The position numbers and the translations under genes were made by a program. A DNA stretch of 64,000 nucleotides from Octopus sinensis (lineage: Eukaryota): assembly GCF_006345805.1 (NCBI RefSeq), contig NC_043008.1, positions 27,900,001 to 27,964,000 on the forward strand. Direction: 5' to 3'. Below are positions 1 to 11,177 of this stretch, one piece after another (the first letter of the stretch is position 1; every line of letters begins with the position of its first letter). The notes beneath the pieces were generated by a model. That model was not told the origin of the DNA and made no database searches. It saw only the letters and a program-made list of their open reading frames with translations.

Positions 1-71
1 ATTCTTGTCTCATTTTGTATTTTATTTTATGTATATATATATATAGCGGCGTGCGTACACTTTGTTCTCTG

Positions 72-77
72 ATATAT

Positions 78-148
<71 letters not shown>

Positions 149-160
149 ATATTATATATA
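72..160. repeat. (TA)n microsatellite
   Basis: Direct reading. It forms the left junction of the HHR-bearing element at 155-892. Confidence 0.95.
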
Positions 161-892
161 AAATACAGTGTACATTTAAACACATGAGGAATCCACTCGT
201 GGGATTCAACAAGCTAGAGAAAATAGCTAGGGTCCGTAACCATGAAATTAGAGATAAAATTCGACAGGAGCGAAATAAAAAATAAAAAATATTTTACCAT
301 CTAGTTTCCTGGACCAATTTGGTTTCTGATTTTTGTTTAGCAAGTAAAATAACATATGCTTGCTAGGTGAAATCGTCCTCAGCAGGAACACCTTGGCTTA
401 AATATTTAAACACGAGGCGATCAAATTATGTGCCTCTTGTTTATACATCCTAATCATTTCAAAATCTACCGCGCAGCCGTAGCCCTTCACCTGCAATAAA
501 AAAAATGCCGACTTTTAAAAACCGAAAATTATCCAAAGACTTACAATACTTAATCATATGAAAGGGAAATGGAAATTAATTAAAATTTTCATTTCCAGTG
601 GCCCAACGTGTAAAGAATTTAGTCCAAAACTATATATTAATCATATCCCTAATTTTGTGGTTATGGAAACTAGCTGTTCTTTCTAGTGCGTTGGATCCCA
701 CGAGTGGATTCCTCATATGTTTAAATGTACATTGTATTTTATAATTTATACATAGTCTTTGGACTAAAATTTTTACACGTTGGGCCCCTGGAACTGAAAA
801 TTTGAAGTTTTTTCATTTCGCTTTGATGTGATTAATTATTGTAAGTTTTGGGATAATTTTCGGTTTTTAAAAGTTGGCAATTTTTTATTCAC
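155..892 (-). mobile_element. Retrozyme-like non-autonomous element (family A): one ~480-nt HHR monomer plus an inverted, circularly permuted partial copy
   Basis: About 641-752 is the reverse complement of about 155-260, and about 752-892 is the reverse complement of about 491-633. The inverted piece therefore runs across the monomer end/start junction. HHR at 305-388. No ORF. Confidence 0.7.
305..388 (-). ncRNA. Type I hammerhead ribozyme motif (family A)
   Basis: Minus strand reads UUCCUG-CUGAGGA-[CGAU..UAGCAAG/CUUGCUA..AUCA]-GAAA-CCAA-A-UUGG-UC^-CAGGAA. Helix I is 6 bp, the core is intact, the triplet is GUC, and there is a C.A mismatch at the base of helix II. Confidence 0.8.
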
Positions 893-1186
893 ACGCATAA
901 GTAGCTAGAAGGAAATTAAGATGCTTATACATACTGTAATTTATATTTACAAGTGATTCTTGGGCATTAAGTCGTTAATGAATAAATAATATATAAATTA
1001 GTAAAAAATAATATCATGAAATTCTAACTCACTGTCCCAATATTAACAAAAGTTATGCTCATATAATGAAGGAGTGAAAGCATCTATAGTAATATTTACT
1101 TCATAAAGCAGAAAATTGTTCTGCATTGTGCAAACAAGTCTTTTAGTAGAAAGTTCATTTTCAAACGAGGCTAAAATTGGTTTCTA

Positions 1187-1251
1187 TCTCTCTCTCTCTC
1201 TCTCTCTCTCACTCTCTCTCTCTCTCCCCTCTCTCTCTCTCTCTCTCTCTC
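1187..1251. repeat. (CT)n microsatellite
   Basis: Direct reading. Confidence 0.95.
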
Positions 1252-2439
1252 AAAAGGCTGCTTTGTACCCGGTTTCGACTCTCAAAATGACAACGCTATT
1301 TGAAATACAATTTAATGCTGTTGAAAATTTGATGAGAGATGCAGATATTTGTAATATTGGAATTTAAGGGGGAAATTGATGCCCTTGAAAGAGGAATGAT
1401 TTGGCACCACTTAGACTAGCAATAATACGACGACAATACAGCACGTGACAATACCAAATACATCAGCCATCTGTAATTTATGTGTGTTTTATAAACACAA
1501 AGCAACTGAAGGCAAATAGTCAGGTGATGTGATAGGTGCATTGAAAGAGATAATGCGCCACATTCGCATTCAAAATATCTCGAGAGCCAGACATGTTACG
1601 ATATTGTAGTGGTCTTCAAGAAAGTAGCTCTGGCTGCCAAACATTCCACCGATCTCTGTCGGAACTAAAATTATAAATCCATCAATTGTATTTAGAAAGA
1701 ATAACCGTAATTATAAAGACGTATAAAGTGGTAAATTTATGCTGAATTTTAGCGCGTATCGTTATCGAAGGAAGGTAACAGCTTCCTGGCGGTGAGAAGG
1801 ACCAATCATGATAATTGGTCTGCGAACAGTGAGGAGAGAGGGGGTTACTTTATTTTAAACCAGACACAATCCACAAGGTCACAAACCTAATTCGCCTTGC
1901 GGGAAGGGAAGAGTTGCACTTCCAGATCGAGAATAGAAAGCTACGATGTCACCTGTGTAGAGCCTACAAATTTACGGCTGCGTATATAGTCCTTTAGTGC
2001 TAATATACTGCATTCACGCGAAAGGTGATTAATAAATTCGTTTGCTTTCCGACATATCCTATATTTGAAGTATGACTGAGTGTTGTCGATCTTTGTCCTT
2101 ACTAAATTCGTTCTAAATGTTCGTTCGTGAGCGGGTATGATTAACATTTCTGACTCGCTTCAAGTTCGAACTTAGTCCGTCGAACTTAGCCAACAATCAA
2201 TAATTCTAGCATTCTCGTTTTATTACAAGAGTTGGCCACGCAGTTCCATTTATATTCATTTGTTTTGTCTGTTGTTCTTGATTTTCTTTTTGAATTCTAC
2301 TGATTTAATCAGGTTTTGGGTCTCACACTGCCGTTATTTTTTCTTTACGTGGCGCATAACTTTTCAGACACATTAACGCAGTATTAACATTATATCCTAA
2401 ATTTCCTCTCTCTCCACATTCTCCTCCTTCCCTTCTCTT

Positions 2440-2519
2440 CACCTGCTGCTCCTCCTCTTCCTCATCCTCCTCATAATAATAATAATAATAAAAAAATTAT
2501 AATAATAGTAATGAAAATG

Positions 2520-2551
<32 letters not shown>

Positions 2552-2645
2552 GATGATGATGATGATGACGTTGATCAAGATGACGACGACGACGACTACA
2601 ATGATGATGATGATGAAGATGTTGATGATGATGATGACGATTATT
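2440..2645. repeat. Compound trinucleotide microsatellite (CCT/TAA/GAT/GAC)
   Basis: Direct reading. Confidence 0.9.
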
Positions 2646-3987
2646 ATCATGGTTACGAAAAAATAATGAAATCTATCTGCGTATCCATAACATGTAAGTC
2701 CCCGTATCTTTCAATGCAGCTGTAAAATAAAGTTTATGTCACTCACAGCTAGTTATAACAAACAACGTTAGCAGCTGCTAACTTGAGAAATGTTAAACTT
2801 GAGTTAAATTTAAAAGACAAATAGAATATTTACTTTAAAAATATCTTTTGTTCAATATGAAAACATATTGCATGACGTAACAAATTATGTATCCAGGTGG
2901 CGATAACAAGATAATTTCTTAATGGAATTAATGTAGCTTCATATTTATTTATAAACGGCAGCTGACAATATGTACACGTATGCTAAACCTATCTCTGTTT
3001 CAATCATCTGTGTAAATGAAGAATAGCATATTGTATATATGCTTATAAGTGTCCGTGTGCATCTGTGGTGTTATAATTACTTATTTCAATACGTCTAGCT
3101 CTGTCTGCGTGGCCATGTGTTTTTATAGCGAGAATGACAAATGAGTATCATGTCTAAATGCTCATACCTGCCACTTTCAATCTCATCGTTATTGTTCAAT
3201 TTTGTGTAACGTTAGGAGTAGTTAGTTTCTGAAAGCCTCGGAGTCTATATAAAAATCACAGAAACCAAATTTACTTTAAATGGAAAATTAATTTGAAGTA
3301 TAAATTCTCATCGCAGAGTAGAACAGTGGTATTTTATGATTGTTTGCTTATATATTTTGGCACTAAAAACACAATGCAAAACTAGTTAATACGCCTATTA
3401 TATTGAGTTCAGATTTTGATATTGGACCTTCAATTTCGGGATAGGGGCAAATCGACTGCATTTACCCCAATACTCACCTGCTATTTATTTTGTGGACCCT
3501 AAAAGGATAAGATACAAATCCATCAAGACTTAGCGGGAGCATGCCCTTTGAATCCATATTTCCCAAATTCAAAGAAAGATAAAGTGCAATCCTTTTCGTT
3601 TAATGCCTATAATACTAGATCGGACGCAAAAATTTAAAGGATGGTGTAAGTCGGACACAAGAACACAAATACTCCACTGCTATGTAATTTATCTACCCGA
3701 AGGGAAGAAAGAGGAACTAAACGTGAGAGAATTTGAGTTGTGAATACAGAAATGGACAAAAGGCTGCAAAGAATTTTGCCAGAAAAAATAGGAAAATAGA
3801 AAATTGAACCAAGCAATAAACAGAAGAGAATCATTTCCAAACACCTTGATGCAAATTGTTTCGTAATATTTCCAACTTTGGATCTCTCTGAAGGTTGAAG
3901 AATATCAAAGTGAAAAATATAGAATTTCAACATATTTGTATCACTGAACAACAGGTGAGACAGCGTACCTTAAGGAATCTGAAGGCA

Positions 3988-4069
3988 CGTTGATGGAGGA
4001 TCACAGGAACCACCCCTACAAGAAGGCGGATCGTCTTGTAGGGGTAGTTTCTGTGATTCTCCGTCAGCG
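3988..4069 (+). other. 82-nt near-perfect hairpin (pre-miRNA-like or MITE-derived)
   Basis: 33-bp arms TGATGGAGGATCACAGGAACCACCCCTACAAGA / TCTTGTAGGGGTAGTTTCTGTGATTCTCCGTCA with a 10-nt loop. Three of the four arm differences are G.U pairs on the + strand. Confidence 0.6.
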
Positions 4070-5095
4070 CTTAATACATCCTTGTTCGGCTTATTTCTGC
4101 CGAGGCAAATAGATTTCTTACGGAAAGACGAGTATTTTGCCTAATCCTTCCTCTTGTAATTTCGATAAGCTGAAGAGTCCACACACGTCTTTTCGGTCAA
4201 GCCTAGTTCGATGAGTGGTGCAATCAGTTTCTTGAAATTTATTCACAATTGTCCAGGCTGTTGTTCATTTAAATTTTTGCTATAGCCATGTTAGATTCGC
4301 CTCCTTTGTGGAGGGTCATGATTGTATTTATGTCTATAGCTATTATCTAATTTATAAATCTGAACCTATTTAGTCCGAAACAAAAAGAAGACACGCTAAG
4401 CTTGTATAATGATGCATAATTCTCATATCTTATCATATTTATTGATACTTATTAATGCCGAAAGCTCGGATGCCTTCACTTCTGGACAGCCTCTCTATAT
4501 ATATAAATATGTGTGTGTGTATGTATATGTATGTGTGTGTATGTATATGTATGTGTGTGTATATGTATAACAACTGATGGTTAATATGTCAATTCACTAC
4601 AGCTGTTTCCCACGACTTTTTAATTGATTAATGGAGGCATTACATCATTAGAAAACACCGTTTCCATCTGGTAAGTGTATGAACAACATTTAGGAAGATT
4701 GAAAATTCAACGGCATATGGGCCTGCATTATACTTCGAGCCTTTTTAGTCGTAGAACAAATTTGTTAGTTCAGAAAGAGAGTATTATAATAGGAGACAAT
4801 GCGATGCCTTGTGTATGTAACGGGGGACTTAAGATTTGTAGCATAGATAGAGGTTACAGGACTGGGTAGCGGGGGCTCAGACAACGAAGTATTTCATCCC
4901 CGCGATTGATCGTATATCTAACCTGAATATCTTTCTGCCTGTAGTTTCATACATGCGTATGTATTCTTCTATTTTTGCTGCTCACTCATTCAAATTTTGA
5001 TCAAACCTAGTGCCTGCCTTAAAATGTAGGTGTCTGGTTATCTTGAATCCTGATCTTTTGTTTCTATGTGTGTGTGTGTGTGCATATATATATAT

Positions 5096-5129
<34 letters not shown>

Positions 5130-5485
5130 GTGGCTAAATCAGCTGGCTCGCTGTCACAGGATCGCGGTTTCGATTCCCAGACCAGGTATTGTAAGTGTTT
5201 ATTGAGCGAAAACACCTTGAGCTCCACAAAGCTCGGGAGAGAGGGAACCCTGCTTTACTCTTTCACCACAACTTTCTCTCACTGTTTCTTTCTGTTTCCG
5301 TTGTTCCTGTATTACAAAAGGCCAGCCTCGTCACGTTCTGTGTCACGCTGAATTTCCACGAGTACTACGTTAAGAGTATATGTGTCTGTGAAGTGCTCAA
5401 CCAGTTGCACGTTAATTTCACGAGTAGACTGTTCCATTGATCGGATCAAGTAGGACCCTCGTTGTGGTAACCGACAGAGTGCCAA
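5130..5485 (+). mobile_element. tRNA-derived SINE between (TA)n tracts
   Basis: B-box-like GGTTTCGATTCC near 5166, a ~350-bp body, and (TA)n on both sides (about 5083-5129 and 5490-5620). Confidence 0.7.
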
Positions 5486-5552
5486 GATATCTATATATAT
5501 ATAATATATATATATATATAATATATATATATATATATGTATGTATATATAT

Positions 5553-5615
<63 letters not shown>

Positions 5616-5977
5616 TATATGTGTGTGTGTATACACATGAACTTTTATATAAATATAGGTATACACACATTCGAGCGCGAATTTAATTCCCACACGCGTT
5701 TACTTCGAACAATGACATATATTTGAGTGTGAAAGTGTTTTTAACAATTGATATAATTTTCAAATTTCTTCACATATATTTGCTACTTTTTCTCACCAAA
5801 ACGTATTTACATATTTGTTTGACGTATATGTAATTCAAAACTTAAATATCATATCGAAATCATCAACATACAAAACGATGTCTATTTTATATGCATTGAA
5901 TCCGTAAACGATACATTTCACAATAAATAAATTTATAAATGCAGATACACACACACACAAACACACACGCACATATA

Positions 5978-6040
5978 CAGTAATCTCTCACCATATCACG
6001 GTTGTCCTATCACATACTCAGTGCATCGCGGATTTTTCTA
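5978..6040 (+). mobile_element. Possible pogo/Tigger-like terminal inverted repeat remnant
   Basis: TA|CAGTAATCTCTCACCATATCACGG resembles pogo-type termini. The partner TIR was not found. Confidence 0.3.
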
Positions 6041-7212
6041 GCTAATATAGGTAAATTTATGTCGAGTACCATTTAGTATACGACGGCGCTCTGCAGCTGA
6101 TAGGTATTTATAATTGTTAGATTCTAACTATTTCTGTGGTAAAATATGCCTTTTCACGCCTAAATATAATAAATTAATAAATAATAATGGAATACCGTAA
6201 TGCACTGTATAACACATTAATTAAAATACATTAAAAGAAAATACGTAGTGTACCGTAGATGAGTAAACAAAGAATTGCATATACTGTATGGAAGACGAAT
6301 CTCGAGGGACGAGTGAGTGGAATTGTTTTGCATTAATTATCATAAAATTTTGATTAATGATAATTTTATTGGGGAATCGAATTCCTAGAAGTGATATTGA
6401 AAGTGAAGCAAAATCGGATTTAATATTTGTGAATATATGAAGCTAAATATAGGGAAAACAAAACCAAACTTCACATCGGAATCAGTGTAATCGATGGATT
6501 TTAGCAATTGAATGTTCTGTATTTGCATTTTGATTGTATTGCATTGCATAGATTCGAACCTTTAATGATTTTTAGAAATGACACCAATCTAAATGTTGAA
6601 AAAGGAAACTATATTTTTGTTAAATTTTCAAGGGCATATACGTTTGATCCTAATAGTTCAGAAATACCTGTAAATGAGTCGTTAAAATAACTTTATTAAA
6701 GTAACTTTATTATATATCCTCCCCATATATATGTATGTATACAAACATATCTATGCGTATGTTTGTGTGTGTGCGCGTGTGTGTTTAAGTCTGTATGTGT
6801 GTAGGGGGAATAGAAGTTGAAAATGCACTTAAGATAGTTAAATATTTGTCATTAATATATTTATATTTTAAACAGTTTCACAGTTTACACTGATTTTCAA
6901 AGAGAGAGACCTGGCTTATGTCGCAGATGTGATGCTTCTGAGTAGTGATTGAAGATTGCCCTATTTTTATAGGGAGCTCATGACTCAAATTAGTATAGGA
7001 TTTTGAATAGGATTTGTTTAGTAGAGGACACTCGCATGTCTGATCTTAGAATTTTTTGTAGGTTTCTCGCTACGTCTGTGTGTTACTATGAACGCAAATA
7101 CAACTACAACGGTTGTCAAGCGATGGTGGGAGTATATATATGCATATATGTACATGTATCTACATATATATATACATGCATAGAAATATATACACGCATA
7201 TAAATATACATG

Positions 7213-7257
<45 letters not shown>

Positions 7258-7429
7258 AAAGGTTGTCGCGGTTACGTGGGATCAGATCCTAGTGACAACG
7301 TAGGTGAGTTGAGTATAGAAATTCGGGGTGAGTACTTGATAATTATAAGCACCTGTGTATACCGTTTGGTGGTGTAGGTGGTGGAGTAAATTGATCAAAA
7401 TAAAGTAAAAACATGATGCGAAGGATTCA

Positions 7430-7507
7430 GCGGTACATATGTTTCGGGCCTTTATTAGACAGATTTATAACAATGCATAATGTATGTCTGTGGCCTTCTT
7501 CAGCCGC
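7430..7507 (-). ncRNA. Type I hammerhead motif in inverted Penelope pLTR
   Basis: GCGG-CUGAAGA-A-GGCC..GGCC-C-GAAA-CAUAUG-UA^-CCGC. Helix III is palindromic (ACAUAUGU). Confidence 0.75.
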
Positions 7508-7860
7508 GCACAACAGCTTCCACAAGGACATGTGTTACATCAAAAATTCTTGGTTGGGGATGCAAATCCTCTCATTCGCGTACGACATAATGCGGCAGCA
7601 GCATAGAATTGAAGCGTCCATCTCTTTCTTCTCTCAATGTAGAATGAGGAAAATTGGATGTTGAGGTAATGTAAATAAATAAATACATATATAGAGGTGA
7701 AGATGGAGGGGCGAGAGTTCGGGACGAGGGATAAAAAAATGTATAAAAAGTGTAAGTATAGAATAATATAAAAATAATATAAAAATGTAGAGGATAAAGA
7801 TATAAAGAGTTATAAGGAGATGAAAAGGGGGTATAAAGAAATATAAAGAAATATAAAGAA

Positions 7861-9105
7861 ACTACCAAATACATCCATACCTCTTCCAACCATCCACTCT
7901 GTATAATTAGCACCACGGTCCAAGCCATCTCAGACAGACTGACAAAACTATCCTCTAATAGAGAAATTTTCAATAATCATGCACAACACTACAACCAGGC
8001 TCTCTATAGTGCCGGGTATAACCAGAGAATATCATATGTAGACCACCCGGGAGCGTCCGTCGGCCATAAGACTCCCAATTATAATCGAACTCAGCACTCA
8101 ACTCACACTAGCGATAATTCTAATTTAAACTCCAAACAACGTATAGGAAATAGGCGAACTAATAGAATAGCACACAATAGTAACCCTCCCGACGAGAGCA
8201 ATATAGATCCTATTAGGAGAAATAGAAGGGATAACAGTAAATTACGCAAATATATATGGTTCAACATACCTTTCAACTTAGCAGTTAGGGGTAAGTTATG
8301 TAAGAGAATATTCTCTATAATTTCCAACAACTTCCCACCCACCCACAATTATAGAAGTATCTTCTCCAACAAAACTATTAGGATTTCCTACTCTACCCTG
8401 CCCAACATGAGCTGCCTCATAGCTAAACATAACTATATTAATATTAGAACAGCTAGATCAAGAGCAAACCATAGCGACCAACAGAACCCCCCTCATCTAG
8501 ACAGTAGACAATATAACCAGACTGGCAGCCATACTACCCAAACAGTTAGTAATAACACCCGCCAACACAACAGAGGAACTACTACACCCATCAACAACCA
8601 GGAGGATACCAACGCCCCCACTCGTATTGCAACACCTCCGCCTGGGATTAGCAGCACACGACCGAATAATGCAATGCAATGCAACTGCAGATGTGCATCA
8701 GAGTGCCCGCTGCAGGGCGCATGTAGGGCGAAAAACGTAATATACTCATGTGAGGTGAGTACTCAGTTTAACACACTCACCTATATTGGTTGCTCAACCT
8801 CCTGGAAATCCAGATACTACAACCACCGGTCCTCGCTGAGACACAGACATAAGGCTAACAGCACCTCCCTCTCTGAAATAATTTGGGAATTAAAAGACAA
8901 ATGCATAGGCTTCAAACTTAGATGGTCCATCATCGGATCAGCTGCACCTTATTTAAATAATAGAGCAGGATGCCAACTATGTTGTGTGGAACTCCTGAAC
9001 ATCTTGAAATTCAAAGACAAACACAATCTTACTAACAAAAGGTCAGAGTTCAAACCATCCTGTATACATAAACTTATTAATACTTTCAAATACTACAAAG
9101 CTTAG
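7861..9105 (+). CDS. Penelope RT-thumb plus GIY-YIG endonuclease, C-terminal fragment (open, no start codon)
   Basis: I translated a stop-free frame from 7861 (TTKYIHTSSNHP...RLTKLSSNREIF...WFNIPFN...ISYSTLPNM) into the supplied 8407-9105 ORF (CNCR..CPLQGAC...VIY...YIG...WKSRYYNH...C.LC..E...NKRSEF...C.H). These are Penelope hallmarks. Confidence 0.9.
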   Translation, partial: TTKYIHTSSNHPLCIISTTVQAISDRLTKLSSNREIFNNHAQHYNQALYSAGYNQRISYVDHPGASVGHKTPNYNRTQHSTHTSDNSNLNSKQRIGNRRTNRIAHNSNPPDESNIDPIRRNRRDNSKLRKYIWFNIPFNLAVRGKLCKRIFSIISNNFPPTHNYRSIFSNKTIRISYSTLPNMSCLIAKHNYINIRTARSRANHSDQQNPPHLDSRQYNQTGSHTTQTVSNNTRQHNRGTTTPINNQEDTNAPTRIATPPPGISSTRPNNAMQCNCRCASECPLQGACRAKNVIYSCEVSTQFNTLTYIGCSTSWKSRYYNHRSSLRHRHKANSTSLSEIIWELKDKCIGFKLRWSIIGSAAPYLNNRAGCQLCCVELLNILKFKDKHNLTNKRSEFKPSCIHKLINTFKYYKA

Positions 9106-9242
9106 GTCTTATACCAACTCCCCCATGCAATTTCCTCCCACCCGGTGCAACCTGTCGGCTCCAGCACATCCCGCTTTCCTATATGTGCGTGTATATGTGT
9201 ATGTGTGTGTGTGTGTGTGTATGTGTGTGCACATACGCGTAC

Positions 9243-9282
<40 letters not shown>

Positions 9283-11026
9283 GCGTGTTGTGTGTGTGTG
9301 TGTGTGGGTGTGTGTATATGCATATACGGTTCCCTGCATTTTCCTCCTATATATACAAATTTTGTCTCCCATATATGACTTCTTTTCCCTAAATATTTCT
9401 TCTCCTACACCCATATCCTCCCTATATAGTCTCTTTAATTCCCTATATCTATACCCTTTCACATTTCTAACTCGGATGTTGAACGCACACCGCCAAACTC
9501 CACTTCCCACCCTTCCAATTTCCAGTTGCCCCCGCCCGCCCCTACGTTTAACACACACCTCTAAATTTCAACCACCTTCATCTCATGTTAAACTTTACCA
9601 AATTATATTTTTATCGTATTTTATTTTATTTTTATTTTTACTTTTATTTTTACTTTCATCCTACTTCCATTTATTTTTATTTTTAATTTTATTTTTACTT
9701 TTATTCTACTTCCATTTATTCTCATTTTTATCTTCATCCCTTACCTTAACTCTTATAATTTTTATAATTCTTATATTTCATTTCTAACTATTACATTGTA
9801 TTTCTTATTTTATACTGTATTTTTTATTTCTAATCTTTACCCTTACCCTCATTCTTAACCCTAACTTATCGCTTTACACCTCTATATATGTTTATTTACT
9901 TACCTATGGATCCACTTATTGACTATACGAGCGTCCGCGTACGTGTGTATACGCATACATACATATGCACGCGCATATATGTACATGCATACTTCGATAT
10001 CTTATAGCTATACCCATGTGCGCGTGTGTCTCTGTGTGTGTATATGAGTGTATATGTGCACGCACATACGGACACACAGCCGTGTGTGCGTGCACGTATA
10101 GACGTGAGTACGGGATTCTTTACATACGTTCTTATACACATCCTTTAATATCTTATACCTAGACCTAGAGGCGTGGGCATATACGTGTATGTATGTAGGG
10201 AGAGGCGCGCGTATGTACATGTGAGTGTGTACGCGTATAGTGTCCGTGTATACATGCGGATATTCTGTTGTATGTATGTGTGTGTACGAGCGTGCGTGTG
10301 GGTGCGTGTGTGTTTATGTACATGTTACACGCGAGTGCGTGTGTATGCTTATAGGTTTGGAGGCGTATATGTACGCGTTGTGTGGTGTATGTATCCATGA
10401 TGATATGTATGTACTAGAAGTCCATTTAATTCAAAGAACCAGATTAAATGCTCATCAGCTCTGATTTACAAAACATTACGTCCCCAGACGAAACTGTTGA
10501 TTTACTGACAATTCTACAACTAAATTTTATCAATCTCCTGACCACCATGCTTGGTCCGTAACCTCCATACATCCCTTATCTTTACATTCTTTTAGACTTT
10601 TATCATGTTTGTATCGGGTTCTTTTAATTTTATTTCTATTTCTATTTTTACTTTATAACCTTATGCCTTTACGTTTATTTATATTTCTTTATATTTCTTT
10701 ATACCCCCTTTTCATCTCCTTATAACTCTTTATATCTTTATCCTCTACATTTTTATATTATTTTTATATTATTCTATACTTACACTTTTTATACATTTTT
10801 TATCCCTCGTCCCGAACTCTCGCCCCTCCATCTTCACCTGTATATATGTATTTATTTATTTACATTACCTCAACATCCAATTTTCCTCATTCTACATTGA
10901 GAGAAGAAAGAGATGGACGCTTCAATTCTATGCTGCTGCCGCATTATGTCGTACGCGAATGAGAGGATTTGCATCCCCAACCAAGAATTTTTGATGTAAC
11001 ACATGTCCTTGTGGAAGCTGTTGTGC

Positions 11027-11103
11027 GCGGCTGAAAGAGGCCACAGACATACATTATGCATTGTTATAAATCTGTCTAATAAAGGCCGAAACATATGTAC
11101 CGC
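11027..11103 (+). ncRNA. Type I hammerhead motif in 3' Penelope pLTR
   Basis: GCGG-CUGAAAGA-GGCC-ACAGA..UCUGU..GGCC-GAAA-CAUAUG-UA^-CCGC. It differs from the other arm by small indels around the core. Confidence 0.7.
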
Positions 11104-11141
11104 TGAATCCTTCGCATCATGTTTTTACTTTATTTTGATCA

Positions 11142-11173
<32 letters not shown>

Positions 11174-11177
<4 letters not shown>

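Larger units (their letters stand above)
7253..11145 (+). mobile_element. Penelope-like retroelement, 5'-truncated with inverted pseudo-LTR, between (TA)n tracts
   Basis: ORF remnant with RT thumb and GIY-YIG domains. Near-identical inverted repeats at 7388-7860 and about 10674-11145, each with an HHR. (TA)n at 7217-7252 and 11146-11173. Confidence 0.9.

Noticed and set aside
8407-9105. Host GIY-YIG gene (SLX1/ANKLE1/UvrC-like)
   Set aside because: It is in frame with a Penelope RT thumb, has no introns, and is bounded by pLTRs.
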